A stretch of 64,000 nucleotides of DNA from Callorhinchus milii (taxonomy: Eukaryota), in NCBI RefSeq assembly GCF_018977255.1, contig NW_024704743.1:12216001-12280000 (forward strand), read 5' to 3'. Shown here in pieces: positions 41,101-55,499 of the stretch; within the stretch, counting starts at the first letter, position 1, and every line of letters begins with the position of its first letter. The position numbers and the translations under genes are program-made. The notes beneath the pieces were generated by a model. It made no database searches, was not told the DNA's origin, and was given only the letters and a program-made list of their open reading frames with translations.

Positions 41101-43700
41101 ATACACAGTTATACACTGACACAACTATACACTGATGTACACTGACAACTACACACACGCACTGATATACACTGACACAACTGCACACACACTGATACAC
41201 ACTGACACAACTACACACACACAGTTATACACTGACACAACTACACACACACACTGTTATACACTGACACAACTGCACACACACTGATACACACTGACAC
41301 AACTACACACACACTGTTATACACTGACACAACTACACACACACACTGTTATACACTGACACAACTACACACACACACTGTTATACACTGACACAACTAC
41401 ACACACACACTTATACACCGACTCAACTACACACACACACTGTTATACACTGACACAACTACCCACACACACTGTTATACACTGACACAACTACCCACAC
41501 ACACTGTTATACACTGACACAACTACACACACACTGATACACACTGACACGACTACACACACACTGTTATACACTGACACAACTACACACACACACTGAC
41601 ACAACTACACACACACACTGACCAACTACACACACACTGACACAACTACATACACACTGACACAACTACACACACACACTGTTATACACTGACACAACTA
41701 CACACACACTGATACACACTGACACAACTACACACACACTGATACACACTGACACAACTACACACACACTGATACACACTGACACAAGTACACACACACT
41801 GATACACACTGACACAAGTACACATACACACTGTTATACACTGACACAACTACACACACTGATACACACTGACTCAACTACACACACTGTTATACACTGA
41901 CACAACTACACACACACACTGATATACACTGACACAACTACACACTGATATACACTCACACAACTATACACTGATACACACTGACACAACTATACACTGA
42001 TACACACTGACACAACTATACACTGACACAACTACACACTGATATACACTGACACAACTACACACACACACTGATGTACACTAACACAACTACACACACA
42101 CTGATATACATTGACACAACTATACACTGATATACACTGACACAACTATACACTGACACAACTACACACACGCACTGATATACTCTGACACAACTACACA
42201 CTGATATACACTGACACAACTACACACTGATGTATACTGACAACTACACACACGCACTGATATACACTGACACAACTACACACACGCACTGATATACATC
42301 CACTACTATATACATTGATACAAATACACACACATACATTGATATACACACACACTACTGTATACACTGACAAATATACACACATACACTGATATACACA
42401 CACTGCTATATAAACTAGCACAAATATACACACACACAGATATACACACACACACACACTATTTACATGCCACAAATATACACACATACACTGAGAGATA
42501 CACACACACTGACACTGAGATATACACTAACACTGAGAGATATACACACACACCGACACTGAGAAATATACACACATACTGACACTGAAATATACACACA
42601 CTGACACTGAAATATACACTCACTGACATTGAGATACATACACAGACACTGAGATACATACACAGACACTGAGATATACACATACTGACACTGAGATACA
42701 TACTGACACTGAAATAAACACACCACACTGACATTGAAATATACACACTCACTGACACTGAGATATACACACGCACTGACACCGAGATATACACACGCAC
42801 TGACACTGAGATATACACACGCACTGACACTGAGAGATATACTCACGCTGACACTGAGAGATAAACACACACTGGCACTGAGATGTACACACACACTGAC
42901 ACTGAGATGTACACACACTGACACTGAGAGATACGCACACACTGACACTTGAGATGTACACGCACACAGACACTGAGGTGTACACACATACTGACAATGA
43001 GAGATATACACACACACTGACACTGAGATGTACACACACACTGACACTGAGATGTACACACATACTGACACTGAAAGGTATACACACACTGACACTGAGA
43101 GATACACACACAGACACTGAAATATACACACACTGACACTGAAATATACACACACTGACACTGAAATATACACACTCTGACACTGAAATATACACACACT
43201 GACACTGAAATATACACACGCACTGACACTGAGATATACACACGCACTGACACTGAGATATACACACGCACTGACACAGATATACATACGCACTGACACT
43301 GAGAGATAAACACACACACACTGGCACTGAGATATACACACACACTGACACAGATACACACACACAGACACTGAGATGTACACACATACTGACAATGAGA
43401 GATATACACACACACTGACACTGAGATGTACACACACACTGATACTGAGATGTACACACATACTGACACTGAGATATACACACACACTGACACAGATACA
43501 CACACACTGACACTTGAGATGTACACGCACACAGACACTGAGGTGTACACACATACTGACAATGAGAGATATACACACACACTGACACTGAGATGTACAC
43601 ACACACTGACACTGAGATGTACACACACACTGACTCTGAGATGTACAGACACACTGACTCTGAGATATATATAGACACACTGACACTGAGATATACTGCC
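41101..43700 (+). repeat. Degenerate AC-rich satellite continuing the array (variants such as ACTGACACTGAGATATACACAC)
   Basis: Same CA-rich backbone with variable unit length; gives spurious VSVCVY/THT ORFs. Confidence 0.9.
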
Positions 43701-43759
43701 AGAGAAATGCACACAGGTCCAGAGAGACATGGGTATAGAGTGACTGAGACACATAAAAT

Positions 43760-45440
43760 AATAGAATTATACAGCACATAAGGAGGCCATTCGGTCCATC
43801 ATGTCTGTGCTGGCTCATTGAAACAAGCTATCCAAATCAATCCCACTCCCCCGCTCTCTCCCCATAGCCCTGCAAACTTGTCCTCCCCAAATAATTATCT
43901 ATTTCTCTCTTAAACGTTGTTACCAAATCGGCTTCCACCACCCTTTCAGGCAATGCATTCCAGATCCAAACAACTCGCTGTGTGAAAACAAATTTCCTCA
44001 CCTCCCCTCTGTTTCTTTTAACAACTAGTTTAAATGGTGTCCTCGGGTTACCATCGCACCCACCAGTGGAAATAGTTTCTCCTTGTTCACCCTATCGAAT
44101 TACCTCATAATTTTGAAAACGTCTATTAAGTTTCCTCCTAACCTTTCGCTCTAAGGAGAATAATCCTACTTCTCTATCCTCTCCTGATAACTGAAGTCCC
44201 TCATTCTCTGGTGCCATCCTGGTAAATCTTCTTTGCATCCTCTCCAATGCCTTGGCATCCTTCCCAAAGTGTGGTGCCCAAAACTGGACACAGTATTCTA
44301 GCTGAGGCCTTTATTTTGTCCCGGATTATAGTCTCTAAACATTTCCCCACTAACTGACGTTAGTCCTGTAGTTCCCGGGTTTATCCTTCTGCCCCTTTAC
44401 AGGAGAGGAACATTTTCAACCCTCCAGTCCTCTGGCACCACCCCAGTGTCCAAGGAGGTTTGAAAAATTTTGTCCAGAGCCTCTGCTATTTCCACCCTTA
44501 CCTCCCTCAGTAATCGAGGATGCATCCAGTCTGGACCAGGTGACTTATCTACCTTGAGCACTGTCAACCTTTCTAGTACCTCCTCTCTCTTTATTCTTAT
44601 CCTATCCAATTTCGCTATCCTCTCCTCCGATACTGTGGCATTGACTGCATCCTCTTCTTTTGTGAAGACAGTTGCAAAGTACTCAGTCAGTATGTCAGTC
44701 ATGCCCTCTGCCTCTATAAGAAGATTTCCTCTTTGGTCCCTAATTCGCCCCTACCTTTGACTAACCTTTTATTCTGTATATGCTTATAAAATACCTTAGG
44801 TTCCCTTTTATGTTACCCACTAATCTTTTCTCATACAAATTCTTTGCCCCTTTTATTTGCTTTTTCAGTTCTCCTGTGTACTTTCTAGATTCTATTTGAT
44901 TATCTTCTGTATTTTGCACTTGACATTTATCATAAGCCTCCTTTTTCTGTTTTATTTTAATTCCAATTTCCTTAGTCATCCAGGGAGGTTTGGATGCCCT
45001 ACCTTTCCCCTTTGTGGGTATGTATTTGTTCTGTCCCCGAACTTTCTCCTCTTGAAGGCTTCCCATTGCTTGTTAGGTGTTTTACCTGCCAATCTTTCTT
45101 TCCAGTCCACCTAACTCACTGAAATTAGCCCTCTTCCAGTTGAGAATCTTCATCTTTGATTGTTCCTTGAACCGTTTCATAAGTGCTATAAAGCTAATGT
45201 TGTGATGTTGTGATCACTATTGTCCAGATGCTCTCCTACTGAAACCTGCTCCATTTGCCCCACTTCATTCCCCAGAACTAGATCCAGCGCTGCTTCCTTC
45301 CTCGTTGGGCTGGAAACATACTGATCCAGAAAGTTATCCTGCACGCACTTCAGGAATCCTTCCCCCTCCTGGCCTTTTACACTGTTATTTTGCCAGTCTA
45401 TGTTTGAAGTCCCCCATTATCACTACTCTATTGGTTTTGC
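43760..45440 (-). mobile_element. CR1 LINE with internal deletions in THAP2 intron 1
   Basis: YFATVFTKE, KSPGPDWMHPRLLRE, GVVPEDWR, PPWMTKEI. Confidence 0.9.
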
Positions 45441-45876
45441 ATCTTTCTGAAGATAAACACACAGGAAAGAAGAGAGAGGGAGACGCAGGCAGTAAGAGAA
45501 ATGTAGAGTGGAGGGAGAGACCCACAAAGCAGGGAGTGAGAGAGAGACCCACAAACACAGGGAAGAGGGAGGGAAATTAATATATGCCACATAATACATA
45601 TTCTGTATGTAAAAAGAGACATACAATAAGAGATAGATAAAATGCAGGAAGCAGGGTAGAAATGTAGAGGAAGCAAGAAGCGTAAAGAGAGGGAGACAGC
45701 AAAAAGAAGTTGCATTTTTATAGCGGAGAGACAGATAGATAGAGAGAGAGCACCTTTACCTTCCCCTGAATTTGACAAACTTCACACAGATGAGATCTTT
45801 CAGAAATACAATGCCTTTGCTTACTTTGATGTGCATAGGTATAAATTTGTCACATCCCAATGCAATCATGGTTTTA

Positions 45877-46222
45877 AATAATAATAAACCTTGCATTTGA
45901 TATAGCGCCTTAGCATGCTTCGAGACGTCTCAAAGTGCTTCACAACATTTGCTGTAAAGTGAATGACTATACTTTATGGGTTAAACGTGATAGCCAATTG
46001 CGCGCGGCAGTGTCCCACAAACAGTCGAGGATTGAGTGACCAAATTATTTTTATTTATTTGAAGGAATTATTACTCCTGGAAAAGCGATCCGCCAATCGA
46101 TTAACAATTGGATTCCTACTTACTGCTAGGTAAACAGGAGTGTGGAGTAAGGAAACTTGCCCAATGTTTTGCCTTGACAGGAATCAAACCCAGTTCCTCT
46201 CGCTGCAAACTACAGGACTCCA
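45877..46222 (-). mobile_element. tRNA-derived SINE
   Basis: Same family, reverse orientation. Confidence 0.85.
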
Positions 46223-47689
46223 GGGGTGGTGGTGGGGGAGAGAGAGTTCCTTGGTTGACTTATTAGCACTTTGAATTTCTCCTCTTATAGGTGCGATCTT
46301 TGACTAGGGTCTCTTTGACATTATCTTACCAATAAATTATGTCTGTTGCACCTTTATGATAATGATAATCCTTGCATTTGATACAGTGCTTATCACATTG
46401 TTGAGATGTCTCAAAGCGCTTTACAGAATATACTGTAAAATGAATTGACCGTATTTTTTGTGGGTGAAATGTCTGAATTAAATGACCTTGACTTTGGCCT
46501 TAAATGGCCTACTCTAAAAATTATGAGGTAGCAAGAAAAAAAAGTGATAATTCAGAGCTTCTGCCAACAAAGGTGACCTTACCCAGCAAGGTAGCGCTTC
46601 TTGATCTATGAGCAATTAGCCTCCGAGTACAAGTAAAGGAAGAGCTTTGGTCAGGTTCTAACTGTTTGGTTTGAGACAATAGAGTAATTTATCATACATT
46701 GTGTCCCACTCATTCTCACAAAGCTCCATGGCCATTCATTTTCCATCCCAATCTGCAGTAGTTGTATTTCTTACCTGCAAAGAGCTCCAATGTTAGATTT
46801 GTTCTGCTCGTGGAGCCCTACGCTCAAGCGCATGCAATCGCCAAAACCAAAGTACCTGCTTCTGAAGGCAACAATTCACAACTGCAATCCAATTCACTGG
46901 GATGTTGACTTTTAATTTGATCAAAGTTTTTTTAAGGATATTAGTTTCCCTGTTTATAGTAGTCCTTTGTTTTTGTCTGCTTGATGCCAATATTCTATTC
47001 TATCAGGGCAGGAGTGGGCCTGGCTGGCTGTGAATTGGGCTCATTGTTTAAGACTGCTTTGGATAATAGTTTTAACATTGTGGTGATTAATACAGAGCTG
47101 CTTTGCATAGAAGTCATGCAAATTTCCATTGCTGCCTTCCTTATAGTCCAACTATAAATTTTGTGTTGTTTCACCAGCAGAACGGATAAGTTTTATGTTG
47201 CATTTGAGCTGCTAACATTAAACATGCTTAATGGCTATTCTCATGTTCCTACCAGATCTCATTGAGGATTGATTATATCTTATAATAAACTCTGTGTGTT
47301 TTTCCCAAGTGTGCTCTACAATCAACTGTATTTCAAATAGTGCCACTGAATCTTCAGCATTCACTTGGTTTAACATCTCATCTGTGAAGGATTACATCTC
47401 TAACAATGCAGCATGCTTCCAGTATTGCATTGGAGTGTCAGTCCAGACTATATTATAATAATAATCCTTGCATTTGATATAGCACCTTATCATGTCTTCA
47501 AGACGTCTCAAAGCGCTTCACAGAATATACTGTAAAGTGAATTGACTGTATATTTTATGGGCAAAATATATGACCTAGATAATGAGACTATATAAGTTCA
47601 AAGTCCCAGTGTGTGGCTTGAACACACAATGTTCTGAATCAGAGTTAAGAGTGCTATCAAGCCAGGCCGAACCTAAACTGTATTGACAA

Positions 47690-49100
47690 CAACAAAATTA
47701 CATTTGTATTGCGCCTTTCACATCGGGAGGACATCCCAACGCGCTGGACAGTCAGTGTTTCTGACCCGAGCTGGGGGTCGGGATTGGGGAGGGTGGAGGG
47801 AAGCAGGGTAATCGAAAGCACGGTCGAAGAGGAGGGTCTTGAGATGTGTCTTGAAGGAGGCTAGGGAGGGGGCGAGGTGGTGGGACTGTGGGATGGAGTT
47901 TCAGAGGGTGGGGACAGAGTGGCAGAAGTCCCGCCCGCTAATGGTGGGATGGGCAAGGCGGGGGACGTGAAGCAGGCTGGAGCTCGCTGAGTGGAGGGAG
48001 CGGGCAGGATGGTAGGGGGTTAGGAGGTCGCAGAGGTAGGGGGGGTGCAAGGCCATGGAGCGCTTTGAAGGTGATGACCAGGATCTTGAACTGTATCCTC
48101 TGGGTGATGGGAAGCCAGTGGAGTCGGGCAAGGATGGGGGTGATAGGGTCATGGAGCCTGGTGCGGGAGAGGATATGGGCTGCAGAGTTCTGGATGATCT
48201 GCAGCCTGTCGAGGGAGGAGTTGGGGAGGCTGGCAAGCAAGGAGTTTGCATAGTCAAGCCACGATGTTGTGAATGCGTGTATGAGGGTTTTGGCCGCCTG
48301 CAGTGTGAGACAGTGGCGGAGCCGGGCGATGTTGCGGATGTGGGGGAAGGCAGAGCGGGTCTTGGCACGGATTGGGGTAGAAAGAATAGTTGAGGGTCAA
48401 ACAAGTTGCCAAGGTTCCGGACTGGCTCAGTGAGGTGGAGTGTGCAACCGTGGATGGTGATGTCTTCAGTGCCTGAGGTGTGGAGGTGCTGACAGAGCCA
48501 ATCAGGAGGGCCTCAGTTTTGTTGACATTCAACTGTAGAAAGTTAGCTCTCATCCAGAACTTGATGTCTGACAGACATTCTGTCAGGACAGCAGTGGTTC
48601 TGGAGTCAAGGGTGGAGGCAGAGAGGTACAGTTGGGTTCATCCGCATACATGTGGAAGTTGACCCCATGTCTGTGGATGATGTCACCAAGAGGGAGCATA
48701 TAGATGTTGAAGAAGAGGGAACCAAGGACAGAGCCCTGAGGAATGTTGCACGAGACAGTGCGAGGGCTAGAGGAGAAACCGTTTGTGGAGATGAAGTGGA
48801 GGCCGTGGAGGTGTGAGAGGTATGGTCTGAACCAGTCAAGGACAGCGAAGGTTTAGGTGAGACGAGAGGAGGTGGATGAGGATAGAGTGGTCAACAGTGT
48901 CAAAAGCAGCAGAGAGGTCAAGGATGACGAGGAGGCAGAGGGAGCCCTGGTCGCAGATGGACAGAATGTCATTTGTCACTTTGACCCAGGCTGTTTCTGT
49001 GCTGTGGAAACCCGATTGGAGGGGTTTGTGAAGGCAGTGGCGGGAGAGGAAGGAGCGAAGCTGAGAAGCAACAACTCGTTCCAGAACCTTGGAGAGGATA
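47690..49100 (-). mobile_element. L2 LINE in THAP2 intron 1
   Basis: NFLQLNVNKTEALLIG, LARLHWLPITQRIQFKIL, L2 tail. Confidence 0.9.
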
Positions 49101-49130
49101 TGCTTACATATCTGCTAACATCTACAATTA

Positions 49131-49442
49131 GGAGTCCTGTAGCTCAGTGGTTGGAGCACTCGTCTCGCAAGCGAGAGACCTGGGTTCGATTCCCAGCAGG
49201 GCGAAATGTTAGGCAACTTTTCTTATTCCAAAGGCCTCTACTTACCTAGCAGTAAGTAAGAACCCGGTCATTAGTCGATTGGCGGATCGCTTTTCTATAG
49301 ACTATTAGGCTGCCTTAGAAAACTACATTGCAATTTCTGAGAAAATATGTAGTCAATTCATTTTACAGTATATTCTGTGCAGTGCTTTGAGATGTCTCGA
49401 AGACATGATAAGGCGTTGTATCAAACCCAGGGATTATTATTA
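49131..49442 (+). mobile_element. tRNA-derived SINE
   Basis: GGAGTCCTGTAGCTCAGTGG head, GGTTCGATTCCC B box, tail. Confidence 0.85.
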
Positions 49443-49498
49443 GAATTTTAAGTATGTCCTATAGGAAATGGATCTGCTGACTAGAGAAGGTAATATGA

Positions 49499-49726
<228 letters not shown>

Positions 49727-52403
49727 TGAACCATCATTACTGTCCTTAGTAACAAAATCATGAGACAACAATCCAAAACATCATGAAGTAATAATAAAAT
49801 TAGATGAGATTTTAGGGTTGCCAATTCTTTTTCATATCTCAAACACATCTCCAACCCCTCACCTTCCACCTCTTTGCTACTCAAACTTCACCCTGCTTCT
49901 GCATGTCCCTCGACTTCTCTGTCTTACAATCAGTAGCTGGAATCTCAACCACCATACACTTACATTCATGAAATCCATACCAATATCTCCTTCTGTCTCC
50001 CTGTTTTAGATATCCTCCTAAATCTATCTCTTTGACTATGTTTTTGAAAGCACTACCTGGCAAGCTTTTGATCATTTTCTCACAGCTTTTCGCCCACAAA
50101 TATACGGTCAATTCACTTTACAGTCTATTCTGTGAAGCGCTTTGAGATGTCGAGAAGACGTGAAAAGCCCTATATCAAATGCAAGGATTATTATTATTAT
50201 TACCTCTTGCCACTTTGCTTTGTGACCTAAACTGTCTCTGGAAAAAAAGCTCTATGAACTAGGCTCTACATGAAAGGCATTAACTATATTTGCAAGTTGT
50301 TTTCAGTGCAGTATTAAGATTTTTTATTCAATAACATTTTTTATAAATATAAACTATCTTCTAAATTTGGTTTGTGTTTGGGAACAGCAGAAGGGCTTTG
50401 AGAGGCAAACCAGTTACCTGGAGCATGAATATTTTTCACTCAGAAATAATTTTTCCAGTAATAAAAGCTACATAATAACTTGCATTTATATAATGTCCTT
50501 CACACAGCAAAGTATTTTGGAGTGTTGAGCACACAGCTCCTGTTAACTCTGAAAGTCAAAGCCCCAACAAGAAGGGTGTTCCAGCTGGACAAGCAACAGG
50601 AAGTGTGCCAGATAGGGTTTTCGATGGCAAGCTGTCCACTTTAAGCTGGTTAAACTCCAGCAGCTCCGAGATGCTATCCCACATGAGGGGCACCGTATCA
50701 ATGCAAGTTCTTATTGTAGCAGTATACCAAGCCTTGGCTCTTGCCAACCTGCACCTAATGCTGTCAGAATTAGGTAAGCAGCTTGCGTCTCTTGGGGAGA
50801 GAGGGCATTCAATTTGAGACATGGAAATTCTATTTGTAGATGGCATGTGTAGAATCCAGTCTGAGTTGGACATGGATAAGCATGGTAATGGGTTTTCACA
50901 TGTGTCACACAGCTGGCTGACTAAAAAAAAGATACAGGGTGGTGTTAGGAAAGAGAAAGAGAACACAAGTAGGCTACATGTGCAGCAAAGAGAGAACCCA
51001 TGAGAGTGAGCCATTTTTATTTTGGATGGGTTAAGCTGCGGTTGTGTTATTACCAGGCACTTGCAGCCTGACCTTCTATAGAATTCCTCAGGTTTGATGG
51101 GACTGGTTTGTCCTCGCATGTCTCTTACAACTTGTTCACAAACAAGGCAAGTGTTAAACTAAATCCTGGAATAATATTTTTTTGTTCACAAATTTCTCTG
51201 AAAGAATCAGATATGCTATACTATCATTTATTTCCAAAACATCCAAATCTATCCTATTTGCTTTGAGGATTGCCCCATGTCCCAGTTTTGCATTCCATTA
51301 ATAAATTAAACTAATAATCCATGAAATAAAATTGTTGATTCAATGTTATAGCTGCTTTATCACATTAAAGCACATTGCTTTATAACATTGAAAGTTTTCA
51401 AAGTGAGTCACAGATAACTGCTGTCAAATTTGATGGTTGTGTTTTTGTAAGCAGCCAAATTATCTGGAGGATTGTTAGCAAGAAGACTGCAAACATATTG
51501 ATTTGGATAGAGAAGGCTCTATGGCCCGTTTGATCTCGTCTTTCCAGAATACTGGCCCTGATAGTCTGTCCCATCACAGCATCAATTTTTTTAAATAAGT
51601 CCCATCTTCCTTGCCTCAACCACTCAGATCCTGGCAACCTGTTCCAGTCATTAATTACCCTCTGGGTAAAGATATACCTCCTGATGTCTGTTCTGAAATT
51701 ACCCTTTGAAACAAAACCTGTGGCATCTTGTTACAGTATAATACAATTTACATTTATCTAGCACCTTTCAAGCCTGGGGTCATCCCAAACCACATTAACA
51801 GTACTCGATGGCCACCCGAGCTGAGGGTAGGGCAGGGAAAGTTGACAAAAGCACGGTCAAAGAGAGTTTTGAAACGTCTCTTGAAACAAAGAAGGAAGGG
51901 ATTGAATCGGAGGGACTCCGGGATGGAGTTTCAGAGAGCGGGGACAAAATGGCTGAAAGCCCAACTGCTGATGATGGGATGCAAGCGTTCAATAGTAAGT
52001 CTTGGAACTATTGTATAGGAATGTCCAGGACCAGAAAAAAAAAATCAAAACCGTAAAAAAAAATCATACAGTCTCAAGCTCCCAGACAATTCGGTGAAGA
52101 ACTTTGAAATTTCCTCTATATGTAAATATTAAATGTAAGTGTATATTATATAAAATGTAAAATTGTTGTTGTCGTATGGGGTTACGCTGACTCAGGTTTT
52201 GAGATAATAAAAGTTGACCAAAAGCGCACTATTGAGTTGTGCCTTGAAAAGGGGAGGAAGGGAGTGCATCAGAGGGACTCTGGGATGGAGTTTCAGAGAG
52301 TGGAGGCAGAATGGCTGAAAGACAAATTGCTGATAATGGGGCGGAAACTATGTTTCAATAACATTTCTGGTATGTTGACACACTGTAACTCTCGTTTCTT
52401 TAG

Positions 52404-52721
52404 AAATTGCCTACCAGGAAATCTGAGCAGATCCCTGAGGGTGACTGCAGCCAAGAGGGCCCATCCAAGGCTGTCACCGAGTCGAGCTTCAGCAGCAAAG
52501 ACGTGTTCTTAGAGCACAGCTACTGTCTAGATAATCCCATTGCGGCCAAAAGAAAAATTTTCCAGTTACAAGATGAGGTGGAAGTCCTCAGGAAAAAAAT
52601 CAAAATTAGCAAACAGAGAGAACGACGAGTAGCCAAGAAATGGAGCTGGGTGAACAATCTTCTGGAAAACCTAAAGGAGAAATATCCTGTGCCTGATATC
52701 AAGGTTGAAGAGCCTATGTAA
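52404..52721 (+). CDS. THAP2: THAP2 coding exon 3 (HCF-1-binding EHSY motif and coiled coil, to stop)
   Basis: Acceptor tttctttAG at 52402-52403, phase 0, in frame with exon 2; VFLEHSYCLDNPIAAKRKIFQLQDEVEVLRKKIK parallels human THAP2 [26 protein letters not shown]; TAA at 52719-52721. Confidence 0.9.
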   Translation, partial: KLPTRKSEQIPEGDCSQEGPSKAVTESSFSSKDVFLEHSYCLDNPIAAKRKIFQLQDEVEVLRKKIKISKQRERRVAKKWSWVNNLLENLKEKYPVPDIKVEEPM

Positions 52722-53605
52722 CCTACACTGAGTGCCAAATCACATAAAGAAAAATAAGCTACAGCTACTGAAAGACTTATCAGTGAAGACGGTGAAGTGG
52801 CAAGAGATTTTTCCTAACAGTACTGTTCCCTTCTCTTCAGCTCAAAGCACAGGAATTCTGTATTTTCAATCATCTATCCCCTCTTCTCCCCACTTTGAAG
52901 AACGTGGGTAGTTGATGTGGGAGAATGTATGTAGGGCCACTGCTCTTTGCATTTTGCTCTTCAAGATAAAGGGTTAGCAATGATGCATATTGCATCTATA
53001 TATTTTAAATGTAACTCTGTTCTTCACAACCTTGAATTGGGTAGATGGTTTACGTCAGTCATTATCTTGGAGTTAATGGAGGGCCAGCATTATTTGCGTT
53101 CACCTCTTCCAGATAAAAGGTTTGGAATGATGCATGTTTGCATCTGCAGACTTTAAATGCAACTCTCTCTCCATAACTTTTCAATGTGTAGATGGTTGAA
53201 ACAGTGGTTGCCTTGGAATCATGGAGTGCCATACTATTTGTGTTCAGCACTTCAAGAAAACAAAATTAGCAATGATACATGTTTCGTTTGTAGACTTTAC
53301 ATTTAACTAGTGATGGTTCTGTTCCAGAGATATTGGTGTTTTTTTTCAATTTTCTACACTGGATGTCCAATTAAAAATGGGCAATGGATACATTCCAAGT
53401 CATGGCTTGAAGAGTGATGCATTTCCTTTCTCCATGCAAACCATCTGTACCAGCTGTTGACACTACTAGATTTATCCAAATTTTGCATTGTGGACAAACA
53501 GCTATCAAGAAAGGGTTACATTACTCCATTCCGCACCAGATTATCACAGCTAAGAAAGACATATGTGCCTCCAGTATCGAAATTGTACAGTAATCATTCC
53601 TGAGC

Positions 53606-53611
53606 AATAAA
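53606..53611 (+). promoter_or_regulatory. Candidate polyadenylation signal for THAP2
   Basis: AATAAA about 0.9 kb after the stop codon, followed by a GT-rich tract and then repeats. Confidence 0.45.
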
Positions 53612-53734
53612 ATCTTTGCAGTTGTCAGCAAATTTTGTTGTACTGGAGCCATTGCTGTTAGCTGAACAAAAGAAGCAGCCATAGCAGATAATCATCTTCT
53701 TGTGTTCTACCTCTAATGGTAGAGTATTGCTACA

Positions 53735-54350
53735 ATAACTTGCACTTGCATAGCATAGTTTTGCATGTTTCAAAATGCTTTACAGACGTGATGTGGGAGC
53801 CTAAACATAGTGTGAGACACTGGGTGTGGGAGTAGTTGGAGGGAGATACTGGAGGGGGGTTATTGGAGCGCACTTTTTTTCGTACGGTTTTGAAAGCAGA
53901 GAAAAAGGGTGCAAGGCTTCAGGGAGAGAATTCCAGAAAGCGGGGACAAGTTACCTGAAGGCTCATTCACCGGTAGTGGGAGTGAGGGGCAAAGGAATTA
54001 GCCAGAGGTAACAGAACAGAGGACGTGAGTGGAAGAATAAATCCACAAGAAGTTACAGTGGAGCTTGGAGATATTTGAAGCTTATAATGAGGATCTTAAA
54101 GTTAATCGCAGAGAGATAGAGAGCCTAGAAAAGATGAGGAAGATTGACTTGCATTGCTTCATACAGGAAAGAATATGCTACGGAATTTGGAATGATCTGT
54201 AGCTTTTGGTGGGTTGAGTTGGGAACGGCGCAAGGAGGCCTTTGGAGAAGTCTAGTTTGGAAGCGACAAGGGTGTTGACTATGGTTTCAACTGTGTTGGG
54301 GATGAAAGAGGGAGGTCAACAGTGTTGAGAAGATGGAGGAAAGCAGCTTG
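53735..54350 (-). mobile_element. Old L2 fragment
   Basis: Diverged similarity to the 3' half of the other L2 copies. Confidence 0.6.
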
Positions 54351-55499
54351 ATTATTACTAGCTGGTTATTTTAAATGTTGCAAAAATAAAGCAATGATAC
54401 AGCAATTGTTTTTTACTTCAGGAAAACATGATGAATGTATTTTTACTTACCAATAGAGCGTGAGTGATCAACAAACTGGAGAGAATATTTCTGATAGGAG
54501 CACAAGATGATGTACGGACATTAAATTCTAATGATGTTTCTATCTACGCATTAACACGCTATTCCTCTTTCAAGTGGTACCATTCCATTGCATTGGAGGG
54601 AGGTTGACAGGTAGAAAATACTCCTGATACATTTGTGTGATATATGTGATATCTTCTTGGTGGTGTGGGGGAAGGTTGCATGTCATCTTGGAGCTGAGTT
54701 GGCTTCTATGTAACTTGCTTGTCAATGGAATTGAATCAGCCGTGTGTGCTGGTCTGTACTCTGGTTCCTGAGTCAAGTGAGTCTACAGTACTCCAAGACA
54801 CCACTAATAACAGACAAGCCAATGTGCCTCATCGGAAGAAACTTGAAGAGATGGTCCAGTCACTGGGAGCAGGGATTCTTTCCACTCAGCTCAAGTTAAC
54901 CATGGGTAGGGTGATTCTGGCTGGACATGCAGTGGGAGGCTTGCCAGATATTACTCACAATGCAAGCCATACATTTTTAGTTGGATAAACTCCAGCAGTA
55001 CTCCCAACACACACTCTGGGGTCCTTAGCTCTTTCTAGCCTGTGTCTAATACTGTCTGGAATTAGATAAGAAGGGTGCATCCCTCTAGGGAGAGAGTACA
55101 CATTCAATCCAGACACAGAAATTTCCATGTGGAAATGGTTTGGGTACTCTTAAGCATGGTGATGGGATTCCACATGCTTCAGGCTCCAGACTAAGCCCCA
55201 TAAAGATATTGAGTGCTCTTAGAGTAGATTATGTTACGTGTTGGATTGTGGAACGGATATTAATCATCAAAATTGATACCAATGTATTTTCATTATCTTT
55301 CAGGGTAGTACTCAGACATTCAGGAACGTTTACAGAAGAAATCTGCAGTTCAAGGGAAACCCAACCTCTGGAGAATGATGACTGACTTTACCTCCATTTC
55401 CAGCACCTGATAATTGTGACATGTTCATGTTTCGGAAAAAAATAACTGATTTCCCAAAAGTTATGTGACCTAAATGAACTTTAGGTCACTGAGGAATAT

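Noticed and set aside
42194..43818. Long ORFs (451, 342, 303 aa) on the minus strand
   Set aside because: Low-complexity V/C/S/Y translations of the satellite
49131..49205. tRNA genes (also 19030-19098, 31862-31935, 36550-36625, 59955-60029)
   Set aside because: tRNA-like heads continue into a common SINE body and ATT tail
55304..55385. Possible extra THAP2 terminal exon after a tttcAG acceptor
   Set aside because: Exon 3 already ends in a stop; no matching donor or homology recognised
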